Shown one piece after another: positions 28,646 through 38,868 of a stretch of DNA of 58,932 nucleotides. The stretch comes from an uncultured Clostridia bacterium (lineage in GTDB: Bacteria > Bacillota > Clostridia > TANB77 > CAG-508): the NCBI GenBank assembly GCA_944386745.1, contig CALXCG010000002.1:1-58932 (forward strand), given 5' to 3'. The translations under genes and the position numbers were made by a program. A model generated the notes under the pieces. That model did no database searches and was not told where the DNA came from. It saw only the letters and a list, made by a program, of their open reading frames with translations. Every line of letters starts with the position of its first letter. Position 1 is the first letter of the stretch.

Positions 28646-28708
28646 AAAATGGTGTAGGAATCGATAAGTATTAGATTAATAAGATGTAAAGAAAAGAGGT
28701 AAAACATT

Positions 28709-29566
28709 ATGATACATAAAATGAAATTAAACGAAAGTCCATTTGAAAGAATAAAAAATGGAACAAAAACAATAGAATTTAGATTATATGATGAAAAAAG
28801 GAAAAAAGTAAAAATCGGAGATAAAATAGAATTTTCAAAGTTACCAGATTTACAAGAAAAAATATTGGTAGATGTATTAGATATATACAGAGATAAAACA
28901 TTTGAAAACTTATTTAAAAAAATTTATACAGATGAGGAAGAAATAGAAAGAAAGACCAAATCAATGTATCAATTTTATTCAAAAGAACAAGAAAGAGAAT
29001 ATGGCGTTGTAGGAATAAAAATTGCTTTATTAAGTAATAGTTTTAGATGTAATTACGATAACTTAATAATTAGAAAAGTAAAATATGAAGATATTGAACA
29101 AATTGTTGATATAAATATCAAAGACTGGAAAAAAGTATATAAAGGAATAATAGATGATGAGATTTTGAATAATCTTAATAGAGAAGAAAAAATAAAAAAA
29201 TGGAGAAAACATTACAATATAGGAAATGTGATTGTTGCAGAAGAAAATGGCTCTATATTAGGATATTGCAGATATGATGATAATGCAATTTATGAAAATA
29301 CTGATATAGATTCAGAGATTATAGCAATATATGTAGATTGCGATAAGTTAGGAAATGGAATAGGGAGGAAATTAATAGAATATGTAAAGAAGGATTTAAA
29401 AAATAAAAATAAAACTAAAATGGTAATATGGTGTTTAGAGAAAAATCAAAATGCAAGAAAGTTCTATGAAAAAATGGGTGGAAATTTGTTATTTGATGAA
29501 AAGTATTTTGAAAAAGAAGGAAAAAAATATAAAGAAGTAGGATATGTTTATAATATTAAAAGATAA
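28709..29566 (+). CDS. ASCH domain - GNAT acetyltransferase fusion protein
   Basis: N-terminal MKLNESPFERIKNGTKTIEFRLYDEKR (ASCH); C-terminal GNGIGRKLIEYV and ARKFYEKMG (GNAT). Confidence 0.7.
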   Translation: MIHKMKLNESPFERIKNGTKTIEFRLYDEKRKKVKIGDKIEFSKLPDLQEKILVDVLDIYRDKTFENLFKKIYTDEEEIERKTKSMYQFYSKEQEREYGVVGIKIALLSNSFRCNYDNLIIRKVKYEDIEQIVDINIKDWKKVYKGIIDDEILNNLNREEKIKKWRKHYNIGNVIVAEENGSILGYCRYDDNAIYENTDIDSEIIAIYVDCDKLGNGIGRKLIEYVKKDLKNKNKTKMVIWCLEKNQNARKFYEKMGGNLLFDEKYFEKEGKKYKEVGYVYNIKR

Positions 29567-29631
29567 TGAATAGGAATTGATAAATATTATAAATTATGCT
29601 ATATTAATAGCATAGTGTAAGGAGTGATATT

Positions 29632-29940
29632 ATGAGTGAAAAAATATATACAATTGATGAAATAAAAAAAATATTAAAAGAATTTTTAAAAGATAAACCT
29701 GTATATCAAGTAATACTATTTGGTTCTTATGCAAAACATGAAGCAACAAAAGAAAGTGACGTGGATTTAATAATAGATACAAATTCAGAATTAAAAGGAT
29801 TTGCATTATTAAAATTAATATGCCAAATAGAAGAAAAATTGAAAAAAAATATTGATGGATTTGAAAAATATGAAATAATAAAAGATTCATCAATTGACAA
29901 GGAAATAAAAGAAACAGGAGTTGTTGTATATGAAAAATAA
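29632..29940 (+). CDS. mntA: MntA-type nucleotidyltransferase antitoxin
   Basis: ILFGSYAKHEATKESDVDLIID minimal nucleotidyltransferase motif. Confidence 0.75.
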   Translation: MSEKIYTIDEIKKILKEFLKDKPVYQVILFGSYAKHEATKESDVDLIIDTNSELKGFALLKLICQIEEKLKKNIDGFEKYEIIKDSSIDKEIKETGVVVYEK

Positions 29941-30274
29941 AGAATATATGTCATTAAAAAAGATGATAGAATATATAAATAAAGCATTGAGATATACTGA
30001 TGGGTGCGATTTTCAAACATTTTCAAGTAATGAGGAAAAAGTAGATGCCACTATTTTTGCGATTAGCCAAATAGGTGAATTAGTCAAGAACATAAGTAAA
30101 GAGACAATGGAAAAATATCCTAATATAGAATGGATTATTATAAAAAATTTAAGAAACAAAATCGTTCATGATTATGAGGGAATAAAATTAAATCTAATTT
30201 GGGATATAGTAACAAATGATATAGTACAATTAAAAGAAGATTTAGAGGAGATATTAGAAAATTGTAAGAGTTAA
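29930..30274 (+). CDS. hepT: HepT (DUF86) RNase toxin
   Basis: LRNKIVHDYEGI (RxxxxHxY) motif; overlaps mntA. Confidence 0.75.
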   Translation: MKNKEYMSLKKMIEYINKALRYTDGCDFQTFSSNEEKVDATIFAISQIGELVKNISKETMEKYPNIEWIIIKNLRNKIVHDYEGIKLNLIWDIVTNDIVQLKEDLEEILENCKS

Positions 30275-30426
30275 AAATAGAGGCAAAAATATATCACATA
30301 GTTCTAGAAAAAGTTAATCAGATTATAGAAAAATTTTAGATAAATGAGGGCAAAAAATAAAATGTTAGGAATTTTCCTCCAAGTAAAAGCATACAATTAA
30401 GTAGCTTTAACTTGGAGGTTTTTAAA

Positions 30427-31203
30427 ATGTTCTTTGTATTAAACAAACAAAAAATATGTACATACTTAGTATCAATAATAACAGTAGTAATACTATTTTG
30501 TGTAGCCGGAACAATAGGAAACAAAGATGAGGCAATAACAACATCATCTGAAAATAGCAAATTACTACCAATATATAATGTCCAAACAGAAGAGAAAAAA
30601 GTTGCATTTACAATGAACTGCGCATGGAATGCAGATGATATAGACCAGATATTAGAAGTTTTAAGAAATAATGATACAAAAATAACATTTTTTATGGTAG
30701 GAGACTGGATAGAAAAATTCCCTGAAGCAGTAAAAAAGATATATGATGAAGGTCATGAAATAGCAAGTCATAGTGACACACATCCACATGTAAATAATTT
30801 GAGTTATGAGCAAAATATAGAAGAAATGGAAAAAAGTAATGATAAGATTGAAAAAATTACTGGAACAAGAACCAAAATATATCGAGCACCATATGGAGAA
30901 TATAACAATACCGTAATACAAGCAGCAAATGACAAAGGATATTATACAATTCAATGGAATTTAGATACTTTAGATTATACTGGACTAACTGGTGAAGAAA
31001 TGTGGAGTAGATTAGATGGAAAGATAAAAGCAGGGGATATAATACTTAGCCATAATGGAACAAAACACACAGCTGATAGTTTAGATATGTTGCTTAAAAA
31101 TATTAAGCAAAAAGGTTTTGAGGTTGTGAAGGTATCAGATTTAATATATTTGAATAATTATATGATTAATAGTAATGGAACACAAATGCTGGTTGAAAAA
31201 TAA
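30427..31203 (+). CDS. Polysaccharide deacetylase, PdaB-like
   Basis: FTMNCAWNADD, FFMVGDW, SHSDTHPH and LSHNG motifs; ATG after ggagg. Confidence 0.8.
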   Translation: MFFVLNKQKICTYLVSIITVVILFCVAGTIGNKDEAITTSSENSKLLPIYNVQTEEKKVAFTMNCAWNADDIDQILEVLRNNDTKITFFMVGDWIEKFPEAVKKIYDEGHEIASHSDTHPHVNNLSYEQNIEEMEKSNDKIEKITGTRTKIYRAPYGEYNNTVIQAANDKGYYTIQWNLDTLDYTGLTGEEMWSRLDGKIKAGDIILSHNGTKHTADSLDMLLKNIKQKGFEVVKVSDLIYLNNYMINSNGTQMLVEK

Positions 31204-31304
31204 ATTTAAAAAGTGTATGTATAAAATTACCAAATTTGTTAATAATATAAGTAGTAGAAAACATATGTGATAAATTAGTTTGATTAAAATATAAGGGGTG
31301 AATA

Positions 31305-31808
31305 ATGGTATTAATCGGTATTGTTGCAAATAAAAAATGTTTCGAAACAATAAAGACGGAAATTGCCAAAAAAGACAATCAAATTAATGTGCTTCATATA
31401 AATACAAAAAGCCTAGAAAATATGAAAAATATAAAATTTGATACAATAATTATTCAAAATGATTTAGAAAAATGTAAAGAATTAAAAGAGCAATTGAAAA
31501 AAATGTGTAAAGAAGCAAAATATGTGATAATAAATACTGATTTAAATGAAAATTATGAAGAATTTGAAGTACAAAATTTAATCACATGTGGAATGAATCA
31601 AAATGCAATTGTTACAGTTTCAAGCAATAGTGAAGATGATATTCTAATTTATTGGCAAAAAAGTATAGATAATAAATATGGAAATAAGATAGAAATTGAA
31701 GAAAGAAGGATAAAAAAGGGAGAAGATAATATCTTAAAAATTGATGAAATTTTGATTTTATATACCATTTTAAGGTTATATAATTATCCCATAATAGAAA
31801 AAATATAG
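31305..31808 (+). CDS. Hypothetical protein (167 aa)
   Basis: ORF with RBS aagggg; no recognised motif. Confidence 0.4.
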   Translation: MVLIGIVANKKCFETIKTEIAKKDNQINVLHINTKSLENMKNIKFDTIIIQNDLEKCKELKEQLKKMCKEAKYVIINTDLNENYEEFEVQNLITCGMNQNAIVTVSSNSEDDILIYWQKSIDNKYGNKIEIEERRIKKGEDNILKIDEILILYTILRLYNYPIIEKI

Positions 31809-31944
31809 GAAAAATCTAACTTTTTTGAATATTTTTAACTTTTTATGTAGACAAATCCAAAAAAATAGTGTATAATAAGAACTGTAATTAATCGTTCAAG
31901 GGGAAATACAATTGATAAAATTATAAAATAGGGAGGAAAAAACA

Positions 31945-32643
31945 TTGGATACAAATTATTTAGAAAACAACTATTTAACATTAGTTGGAAAAGTTACAGG
32001 AGAAAAGAAATTTAGCCATGAAATATATGGAGAGAGATTTTATATTTTTAACTTATCAATACCAAGATTAAGTGGAAATTCAGACATTATACCAATTACA
32101 ATATCAGAAAGACTAATTAAAGAAGATACTTTACAAGAAGGAAACAAACTATTAATAAAAGGTCAATTCAGATCATATAATAGTTATGAAAATGAAAAGA
32201 ATAGACTAATATTAACAGTGTTTGCTAAAGACATTATGGAAGTTGAAGAAAATGAAGAAGAAGAAAATGATATAGTTAGAAAGGATATAGTTACTAATGA
32301 AGTTGTATTAGTAGGATATATTTGTAAAAAACCAATATATCGTCAAACACCATTTGGTAGAGAAATTGCAGACCTTTTACTTGCTGTAAATAGGGCATAT
32401 AACAAGTCAGATTATATTCCATGTATTGCTTGGGGAAGAAATGCAAGATTTTGTCAAAACTTAGAAGTTGGTACTCAAGTAAAAGTAGTAGGAAGAGTTC
32501 AATCAAGAACTTATGAGAAAAAACATGAAGATGGAAGTGTAGAAACAAGAGTTGCTTATGAAGTTTCAATTGGTAGCTTAGAAGTTGTAGAAGAAAAAGA
32601 GAATGAAAATGAGATTGAAGCAGAAAATCAAGAAGCTGTTTAA
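31945..32643 (+). CDS. Single-stranded DNA-binding (OB-fold) protein, two OB domains, TTG start
   Basis: VVLVGYICKKPIYRQTPFGREIADLLLAVNR...VKVVGRVQSRTYEKK and an acidic tail. Confidence 0.65.
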   Translation: MDTNYLENNYLTLVGKVTGEKKFSHEIYGERFYIFNLSIPRLSGNSDIIPITISERLIKEDTLQEGNKLLIKGQFRSYNSYENEKNRLILTVFAKDIMEVEENEEEENDIVRKDIVTNEVVLVGYICKKPIYRQTPFGREIADLLLAVNRAYNKSDYIPCIAWGRNARFCQNLEVGTQVKVVGRVQSRTYEKKHEDGSVETRVAYEVSIGSLEVVEEKENENEIEAENQEAV

Positions 32644-32675
32644 AATAAAAGGATTGCTAATTATATATATTAAAA

Positions 32676-32708
32676 GTTTCAAAAGGCTAGTCTTTTGAAA
32701 CTTTTTTT
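32676..32708 (+). terminator. Intrinsic terminator
   Basis: gtttcaaaag / cttttgaaac followed by ttttttt. Confidence 0.7.
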
Positions 32709-32742
32709 GATATAATGTAAAGCATGAAAGGAATGAAAAAGT

Positions 32743-34416
32743 ATGACTAATAAGAAAGATAAAAAGAAAATGAAATCAACTACTAAATTTACAATAATTG
32801 CACTTGTTTTAATTGCAATAGTTTGTATTGCATTAACACCTGTAACATTGCAAAATGATACATTTTACACGATAAAAATAGGTGAGCATATTGCAAAATA
32901 TGGTATAGATATGCAGGATCCATTTTCGTGGCATGAAGATTTACCATATACTTACCCACATTGGCTTTATGATTTGATAACATATTTTGTATATAGCATC
33001 TTTGGAATGACTGGTATATATATAGCGACATGTATATTATCAGTAATATTAGGTTGGTCTATATATCTAGTAAATACGAAAATAGCTAAAAATCAATTAT
33101 TTTCGTTTTTTATAACAATAGGAGTAATGTATGTAATAAGAGGATATATTGCAGCAAGAGCACAGCTTGTGACATTTATATTGTTTATATTAACAATATT
33201 TTTAATAGAGAAATTTTTAGAAACAAAAAAGAAGAGATATGCAGCAGGTTTAATTATAATACCAATATTAATAGCAAATTTACATGTAGCAGTATTCCCA
33301 TTTTATTTTGTATTGTATTTACCATATATTGCAGAATATCTAATTGCAGTGTTAGCAGACACAATACTTTATAAAAAAATTAAGATTTTTGTCTTAAAAA
33401 ATAAAATAAATGTATTAGAAAAGAGTCAAAAGAATAACGAAAAACTAGAAAAATTAAGACAAAAACTAAAAGAATTAGAAGAAAAAGTAGATAAAGTAAA
33501 AATAAAGAGGACAAAAGAATTACAAAATCCATATAAAATAAAATTAGTAAAAAATAAAAATGTAAAATGGCTAATTTTAGTAATGATTATATGTCTATTT
33601 ACAGGATTATTAACGCCAATAGGAGATACACCTTACACATATTTATATAAAACAATGCAAGGAAATACAACACAAAATATCAATGAGCATTTACCAATGA
33701 CATTATCTGATGATGTTGATGCTATGTGTGCAATAATCTTATTTTTAGCAGTATTAACCTTTACAAAGGCAAAAATACGACTATGTGATTTATTTATGAT
33801 AGGTGGATTATTGTACCTAATGTTAGATTCTAGAAGGCAGATAACAATGTTTGCAATAATAGGAAGTGTTGTTTTAGGAAAATTGCTAATGGAAATGGTT
33901 AGAATATATAGTAAAGACTTAGATAAGAATGTAGTAAAAGTATTAACAAATAAAATAGGTGTAGTTCTATTGACGTTAGTAGTTTTAAGTTTAAGCTATT
34001 ATTTTGCTAAAGACAAATTTGATGACACATATATAGACGAAACAGCATATCCAGTTGCAGCATGTGATTATATATTAGAGAACATAGACTTAGGAACTGC
34101 AAGATTTTATAACGAATATAATTATGGAAGCTATATGTTGTTTAGAGGAATACCAGTATTTATAGATTCAAGAGCGGATTTATATTCACCAGAATTTAAT
34201 GGAATAGTAGCAGATGATATATTTATGGACTTTATAGATACATCAAGTATTGGAAAATTTTACGAGGATGTATTTGAAAAGTATGATATAACACATGTAA
34301 TAACTTATGACAATTCTAAAATGAATATGATAATAACAAAAACGAATGATCCACATTATAAAGAATTATACAAAGATGATTATTTTGTAATTTATGAGAG
34401 GGTGTCCGTTAATTGA
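32743..34416 (+). CDS. Polytopic membrane protein, possibly GT-C fold glycosyltransferase
   Basis: About 12 hydrophobic segments plus a C-terminal soluble domain. The family assignment is tentative. Confidence 0.4.
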   Translation: MTNKKDKKKMKSTTKFTIIALVLIAIVCIALTPVTLQNDTFYTIKIGEHIAKYGIDMQDPFSWHEDLPYTYPHWLYDLITYFVYSIFGMTGIYIATCILSVILGWSIYLVNTKIAKNQLFSFFITIGVMYVIRGYIAARAQLVTFILFILTIFLIEKFLETKKKRYAAGLIIIPILIANLHVAVFPFYFVLYLPYIAEYLIAVLADTILYKKIKIFVLKNKINVLEKSQKNNEKLEKLRQKLKELEEKVDKVKIKRTKELQNPYKIKLVKNKNVKWLILVMIICLFTGLLTPIGDTPYTYLYKTMQGNTTQNINEHLPMTLSDDVDAMCAIILFLAVLTFTKAKIRLCDLFMIGGLLYLMLDSRRQITMFAIIGSVVLGKLLMEMVRIYSKDLDKNVVKVLTNKIGVVLLTLVVLSLSYYFAKDKFDDTYIDETAYPVAACDYILENIDLGTARFYNEYNYGSYMLFRGIPVFIDSRADLYSPEFNGIVADDIFMDFIDTSSIGKFYEDVFEKYDITHVITYDNSKMNMIITKTNDPHYKELYKDDYFVIYERVSVN

Positions 34417-34880
34417 AAAATGTAAAAAAGATTAATAAATTTGATATTGCAATAATTTTAATAATTATTGCAATAATAGTAATTGACCAAGTATCAAAAA
34501 TTATTGTTCAAAATGTAGGAAATATAATTATTGAACAAAATACTTATTCAACATCTAGTACAGATTCAAATTCTGCAATAATGTATATAGTTACTAATCT
34601 AATAATAATAGTTATTATTGCAAGATTTATGTTGTCACAAAATCAGTTTATCGATAAAATATTGAAAGTATTTCTTAGTTTTATAATTGCAGGTGGAATA
34701 TCTAATTTGATAGATAGAATTGCAAGAGGTTATGTATTAGAATGGATAAATATTAGTGGAATAGAGTGGTTACCAATGTTTAATATAGCAGATATATTTG
34801 TTCTAATCGGCTGGATTTTAGTTGTTGGAAAGTTTACTTATTTTACTGCAAAAGAATTGAGACAAAAGTTTGAAAAATAA
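34413..34880 (+). CDS. lspA: Lipoprotein signal peptidase II, TTG start overlapping upstream stop
   Basis: GGISNLIDRIARGYVLEWI and FNIADIFVLIGW motifs. Confidence 0.8.
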   Translation: MKNVKKINKFDIAIILIIIAIIVIDQVSKIIVQNVGNIIIEQNTYSTSSTDSNSAIMYIVTNLIIIVIIARFMLSQNQFIDKILKVFLSFIIAGGISNLIDRIARGYVLEWINISGIEWLPMFNIADIFVLIGWILVVGKFTYFTAKELRQKFEK

Positions 34881-34936
34881 TTATAACTTTGAATTTTAAC
34901 ATTATTTTTCAAATAACATGTTACCTTAGGAAAGGA

Positions 34937-35839
34937 ATGTTAGTTAAAGTGAAAAAGTTTATTGTAGAAAAGGAAGAAGAAAATAAAAGAATTGATAGTT
35001 ATTTATCTGAAAAAAATGAAGATTTATCAAGAGTTGCAATACAAAGATTAATTTCAGAAGAAAAGGTTAAAGTAAATGATAAAAAAGTTAAACCATCATA
35101 TAAAGTGCAAGAAAATGATGAAATTACATTGGAAGAAGAACAACCAAAGGAGATTTCATTAAAAGCACAAAATATTCCATTAGAAATAATTTATGAAGAT
35201 AATGATATCATAGTGGTAAATAAACCTAAAGGAATGGTAGTGCATCCAGCAAATGGAAATCCGGATGGTACACTTGTAAATGCTGTTATGGCTATTTGTA
35301 AAGATTCTTTATCTGGAATAGGTGGAGAAATAAGACCAGGGATAGTTCATAGACTTGATAAAGATACATCTGGAATTATAGTTGTGGCTAAAAATGATAA
35401 GGCTCATATTAATTTAAGTGAACAGATAAAAAATCATGAAGTTAAAAAAACATATATTGCAATTGTAAGAGGAGTTGTGAAAGAAAACCAAGCAACAATA
35501 AATATGCCAATTGGAAGAAGTGAGAAAGATAGAAAGAAGATGGCTGTTACCAAAAAAGGTAAAGAGGCAATAACTCATTTTAAGGTATTAAAGAGATTTG
35601 AAGATTATACAGTATTAGAGGTGAATATAGAAACAGGAAGAACACATCAAATAAGAGTGCATTTAGCTCAAATTGGATATCCAATTATAGGAGATAGTAC
35701 ATATTCAAGTGGCAAGAATAAATGGGGAATAAAAGGACAGGCTTTGCATGCCAAAAGTCTTGAATTTAGACATCCTATTACAGGTGAGAAAATGAAGTTA
35801 GAAGCGGAACTACCAGAATATATGAGACGATTAATTTAA
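34937..35839 (+). CDS. rluD: 23S rRNA pseudouridine synthase RluD family
   Basis: S4 domain, HRLDKDTSGIIVVAKN and GRTHQIRVH. The start is ambiguous (34937 ATG or 34949 GTG). Confidence 0.85.
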   Translation: MLVKVKKFIVEKEEENKRIDSYLSEKNEDLSRVAIQRLISEEKVKVNDKKVKPSYKVQENDEITLEEEQPKEISLKAQNIPLEIIYEDNDIIVVNKPKGMVVHPANGNPDGTLVNAVMAICKDSLSGIGGEIRPGIVHRLDKDTSGIIVVAKNDKAHINLSEQIKNHEVKKTYIAIVRGVVKENQATINMPIGRSEKDRKKMAVTKKGKEAITHFKVLKRFEDYTVLEVNIETGRTHQIRVHLAQIGYPIIGDSTYSSGKNKWGIKGQALHAKSLEFRHPITGEKMKLEAELPEYMRRLI

Positions 35840-36000
35840 TAATTTATATCGTTTCTTGGCTAACATTACATTATAGATAAATTCTAAACTTATAAAATAG
35901 GCACCTCTCAAAGCAAGTTTGAGATTCTCCTATTTTATAAGTAAAGAATTTTTACTATAATTTCATTCGCATTCGAAACTCATAAATTATTAAATTAATC
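35829..36000. ncRNA. Rod-shaped conserved intergenic element, copy B
   Basis: Closing stem 35829-35847/35982-36000. The same three conserved blocks as copy A (35858-35870, 35898-35932, 35960-35978). Stems have different sequence but preserved pairing. Confidence 0.5.
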
Positions 36001-36019
36001 TTTAAGGTAGCTAAAAAAT

Positions 36020-36049
36020 CAGGGATTTAAGCCCATCTTTTAATCCCTG
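36020..36049. repeat. GGGATT-stem hairpin related to the repeat family (no GGGGACGG loop)
   Basis: cagggatt / aatccctg stem, loop taagcccatctttt. Confidence 0.5.
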
Positions 36050-36072
36050 CTCTCTCGAAAGGAAGAAATTAA

Positions 36073-36801
36073 ATGGAAGAAGTAAGATTACAGAAATTTA
36101 TAGCAGATTGTGGAATTACATCAAGAAGAAAAGCTGAGGAATTAATACTTCAGGGAAAAATAAAAGTAAATGCAAAAGTTGTAACAGAGTTGGGAACAAA
36201 AATAAATCCACAAAAAGATGTTGTAATATATAATGATAGACAAATTCAAAATGATAATAAATATGTTTATATATTGTTAAATAAACCTATTGGATATGTT
36301 ACAACAGTAAAAGACCAATTTAATAGAGATTCAGTTTTAGATTTAGTCAAAGTTAAAGAAAGAATTGTTCCTGTGGGTAGATTAGATATGTATACATCAG
36401 GAGCATTAATCTTAACAAATGATGGGGATTTTGTATATCAGGTAACACATCCAAAACATGAAATAGATAAAACATATACAGTTACAATTAAGGGAAAAGT
36501 ATCTAATGAAGCGGTACAAAAATTAAGAGATGGCGTAAAAATAGAGGATAAAGAGACATATATAACCAAGCCAGCTAAAGTGAAAATATTAAAAATAGAT
36601 GAAGAAAAAAATCAATCAAGATTAGAAATAACTATTCATGAAGGGAAAAATAGACAAGTAAGGAAGATGTGTGAAGCTGTAGGACATAAAGTGTTAGCTT
36701 TGCATAGGAGTAAAATAGCAGGAATAGATGTAAAAGACTTGCCATTAGGAAAATGGAGATTTTTGAATCAAAATGAAGTAAAAAGAATTTTAAAAAAATA
36801 A
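36073..36801 (+). CDS. rluB: Pseudouridine synthase RsuA/RluB family
   Basis: S4 domain (RLQKFIADCGITSRRKAE), GRLDMYTSGALILTNDG and GKNRQVRKM. Confidence 0.85.
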   Translation: MEEVRLQKFIADCGITSRRKAEELILQGKIKVNAKVVTELGTKINPQKDVVIYNDRQIQNDNKYVYILLNKPIGYVTTVKDQFNRDSVLDLVKVKERIVPVGRLDMYTSGALILTNDGDFVYQVTHPKHEIDKTYTVTIKGKVSNEAVQKLRDGVKIEDKETYITKPAKVKILKIDEEKNQSRLEITIHEGKNRQVRKMCEAVGHKVLALHRSKIAGIDVKDLPLGKWRFLNQNEVKRILKK

Positions 36802-36872
36802 TGCAAAATATTGAAAAATAAAATCAAAAAATATATAATTGTACAAACGAAAGAATAAGGAGAAAATAACAA

Positions 36873-37682
36873 ATGAATACATTTAAATTTATACCAGAAG
36901 GATGGAATAATGAGATTACAAAATTAGATACAGTAGAAGATATTAAGGATTGTCAGGAAAATCAAACAACATTACAGGGATTAGTTAAAAGTTGTGATGA
37001 AAATTATAATTTACATATAAACTTAGGAAAAGGAATTACAGGAATAATCCCAAGAGAGGAAGTTGAAGCTATAAATCTTGAAGAAACTGGATTACCAAAA
37101 ACAAATTTATGTACAGGTAAAGTCCATAAATTTGTTCAGTTCAGAATAAAAGATGTTAGGCAAGATAAAAATGTAATTTTGTCCAGAAAAGAAGTTCAAC
37201 AAGATGCTTTGAATTGGGTGAAAAATGAGTTACAAGTAGGGCAAAGAATAGAAGGAATAGTTAAAAATATCAGACCATATGGAGCATTTATAGAGATTGG
37301 TGGAGGAGTAGTAGGACTAGCACATATTGAAGATTTATCAATAGCAAGAATAAAAAGTCCTTCTGAAAGGTTAAAAATTGGACAAAAGGTTGAAGTTGTG
37401 GTAAAATCTATAAATAGAGATGATGGTAAAGTAATTTTATCATATAAAGAAACTCTTGGAACGTGGGAAGAAAATGCAGAAAAATTTGAACAAGGTACAA
37501 AAGCAAAAGGAATAGTTAGAGAAACAGAGAAAAATAAAAATGGCATATTTATCGAATTAACACCTAATTTAGTAGGAATGTCAGAATATGAAGAAGGATT
37601 AGAATATGGACAAGTAGTTGATGTCTATATAAAGAAAATAGATAAACAAAAGAAGAAAATAAAATTATCAATTTATAAATAG
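36873..37682 (+). CDS. S1 RNA-binding domain protein
   Basis: GQRIEGIVKNIRPYGAFIEIGGGVVGLAHIEDLS S1 motif; three S1-like repeats. Confidence 0.7.
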   Translation: MNTFKFIPEGWNNEITKLDTVEDIKDCQENQTTLQGLVKSCDENYNLHINLGKGITGIIPREEVEAINLEETGLPKTNLCTGKVHKFVQFRIKDVRQDKNVILSRKEVQQDALNWVKNELQVGQRIEGIVKNIRPYGAFIEIGGGVVGLAHIEDLSIARIKSPSERLKIGQKVEVVVKSINRDDGKVILSYKETLGTWEENAEKFEQGTKAKGIVRETEKNKNGIFIELTPNLVGMSEYEEGLEYGQVVDVYIKKIDKQKKKIKLSIYK

Positions 37683-37712
37683 AAAATTCTAATTATTTAA
37701 GGGGGAATTAAA

Positions 37713-38648
37713 ATGGTTGAAGATAACCAAATTAAAGCGCAAGTATCACCTTTTGCAATAAGAGAAGGAGAAATTAAAACATTTGATGGAAAAGACGGAT
37801 ATGTTTCAATGAATCAAATTGTACATAAAATTAACATTGGGCATATAAATGAAATTCATTTTGCAATCTTAGAATTAGTAAATGAATTTGAATTTATTAC
37901 TTCAAGACAATTATATCAAATGTTAGAGATTAAAGGAATTGATCCTAAATCACAAGACAAATTAAATAATAAATTGGACCAATTAGTAAAATCAAAGATA
38001 TTGACAAGATATTATTTTACATCTGATGAAGGAAAGGGAATTTATCGTATATATTGCTTAGAGAAGATGGGAAAATATTTATTAAATTCAAAGGAAATTG
38101 AATGTAAATGGCAACCATCAGATAATACAAAACCAGTTCCAATGATTAAGAAAAGATTAGCTGGAAATCAAACAATTATTGCATATTTAAGAAAGGTAAA
38201 GGCATTTGATAGTTATACTGTAAAACCAGCAATAACTGCAAAATCTGCAGGTAAATTATTTAAAGCAACAGGTGGAGCTGTTAAATTAACTAAAAACGGA
38301 AAATCAATACAATTTGTTTTTGAAGTAGTAAGAAGAGAACAAGATTGGCAAAAGAAATTAGTTGAGAAAATGAGATTATATAAAGATTTCTATGAAAACT
38401 TTGTACCAGGAGATTCTGGATTTAGTGGTATGCCACAATTAATACTAATTTGTGAAGATGAAAAACATATGGCAGAATGTTTTAAAGAAATAGTAAAAAA
38501 TCAAGTAGAAATACCACAAATTAAGTTATATTTTTCAACAGATTTAAGACAAAATGAAGAAACTTTGGAAAATACTTTAGTCGATTTTAAATTAGTTGAT
38601 GGAAAATATAAGATGGAAAATGTAGAATTAAAATTATTAGGAATGTAG
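37713..38648 (+). CDS. Hypothetical protein, possible winged-helix (replication-relaxation-like) N-terminus
   Basis: IHFAILELVNEFEFITSRQLYQML resembles the replication-relaxation family wHTH; weak. Confidence 0.3.
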   Translation: MVEDNQIKAQVSPFAIREGEIKTFDGKDGYVSMNQIVHKINIGHINEIHFAILELVNEFEFITSRQLYQMLEIKGIDPKSQDKLNNKLDQLVKSKILTRYYFTSDEGKGIYRIYCLEKMGKYLLNSKEIECKWQPSDNTKPVPMIKKRLAGNQTIIAYLRKVKAFDSYTVKPAITAKSAGKLFKATGGAVKLTKNGKSIQFVFEVVRREQDWQKKLVEKMRLYKDFYENFVPGDSGFSGMPQLILICEDEKHMAECFKEIVKNQVEIPQIKLYFSTDLRQNEETLENTLVDFKLVDGKYKMENVELKLLGM

Positions 38649-38653
38649 GAGAA

Positions 38654-38707
38654 AGGGATTTAGGGGACGGACCTAAAATCCCTCTTTTTAGGGATTTGGG
38701 GACGGAC
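38654..38707 (+). repeat. GGGATTT-AGGGGACGG hairpin repeat, double unit (copy R4)
   Basis: agggatttaggggacggacctaaaatccctctttttagggatttggggacggac followed by ttttaatttt. Confidence 0.9.
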
Positions 38708-38868
38708 TTTTAATTTTGATTTAAGGATAAAATTTAATTTAACTTTAGAATAGACTACTGATTAAACTTGAAATTCTGAAAGTTTTGTATTATAATAGTG
38801 GACATAAATTGGTTGAAGTGTTTGAGTAAAAATCAATTTATAAATATGAATAAGTAGGAGGAGTAAAA

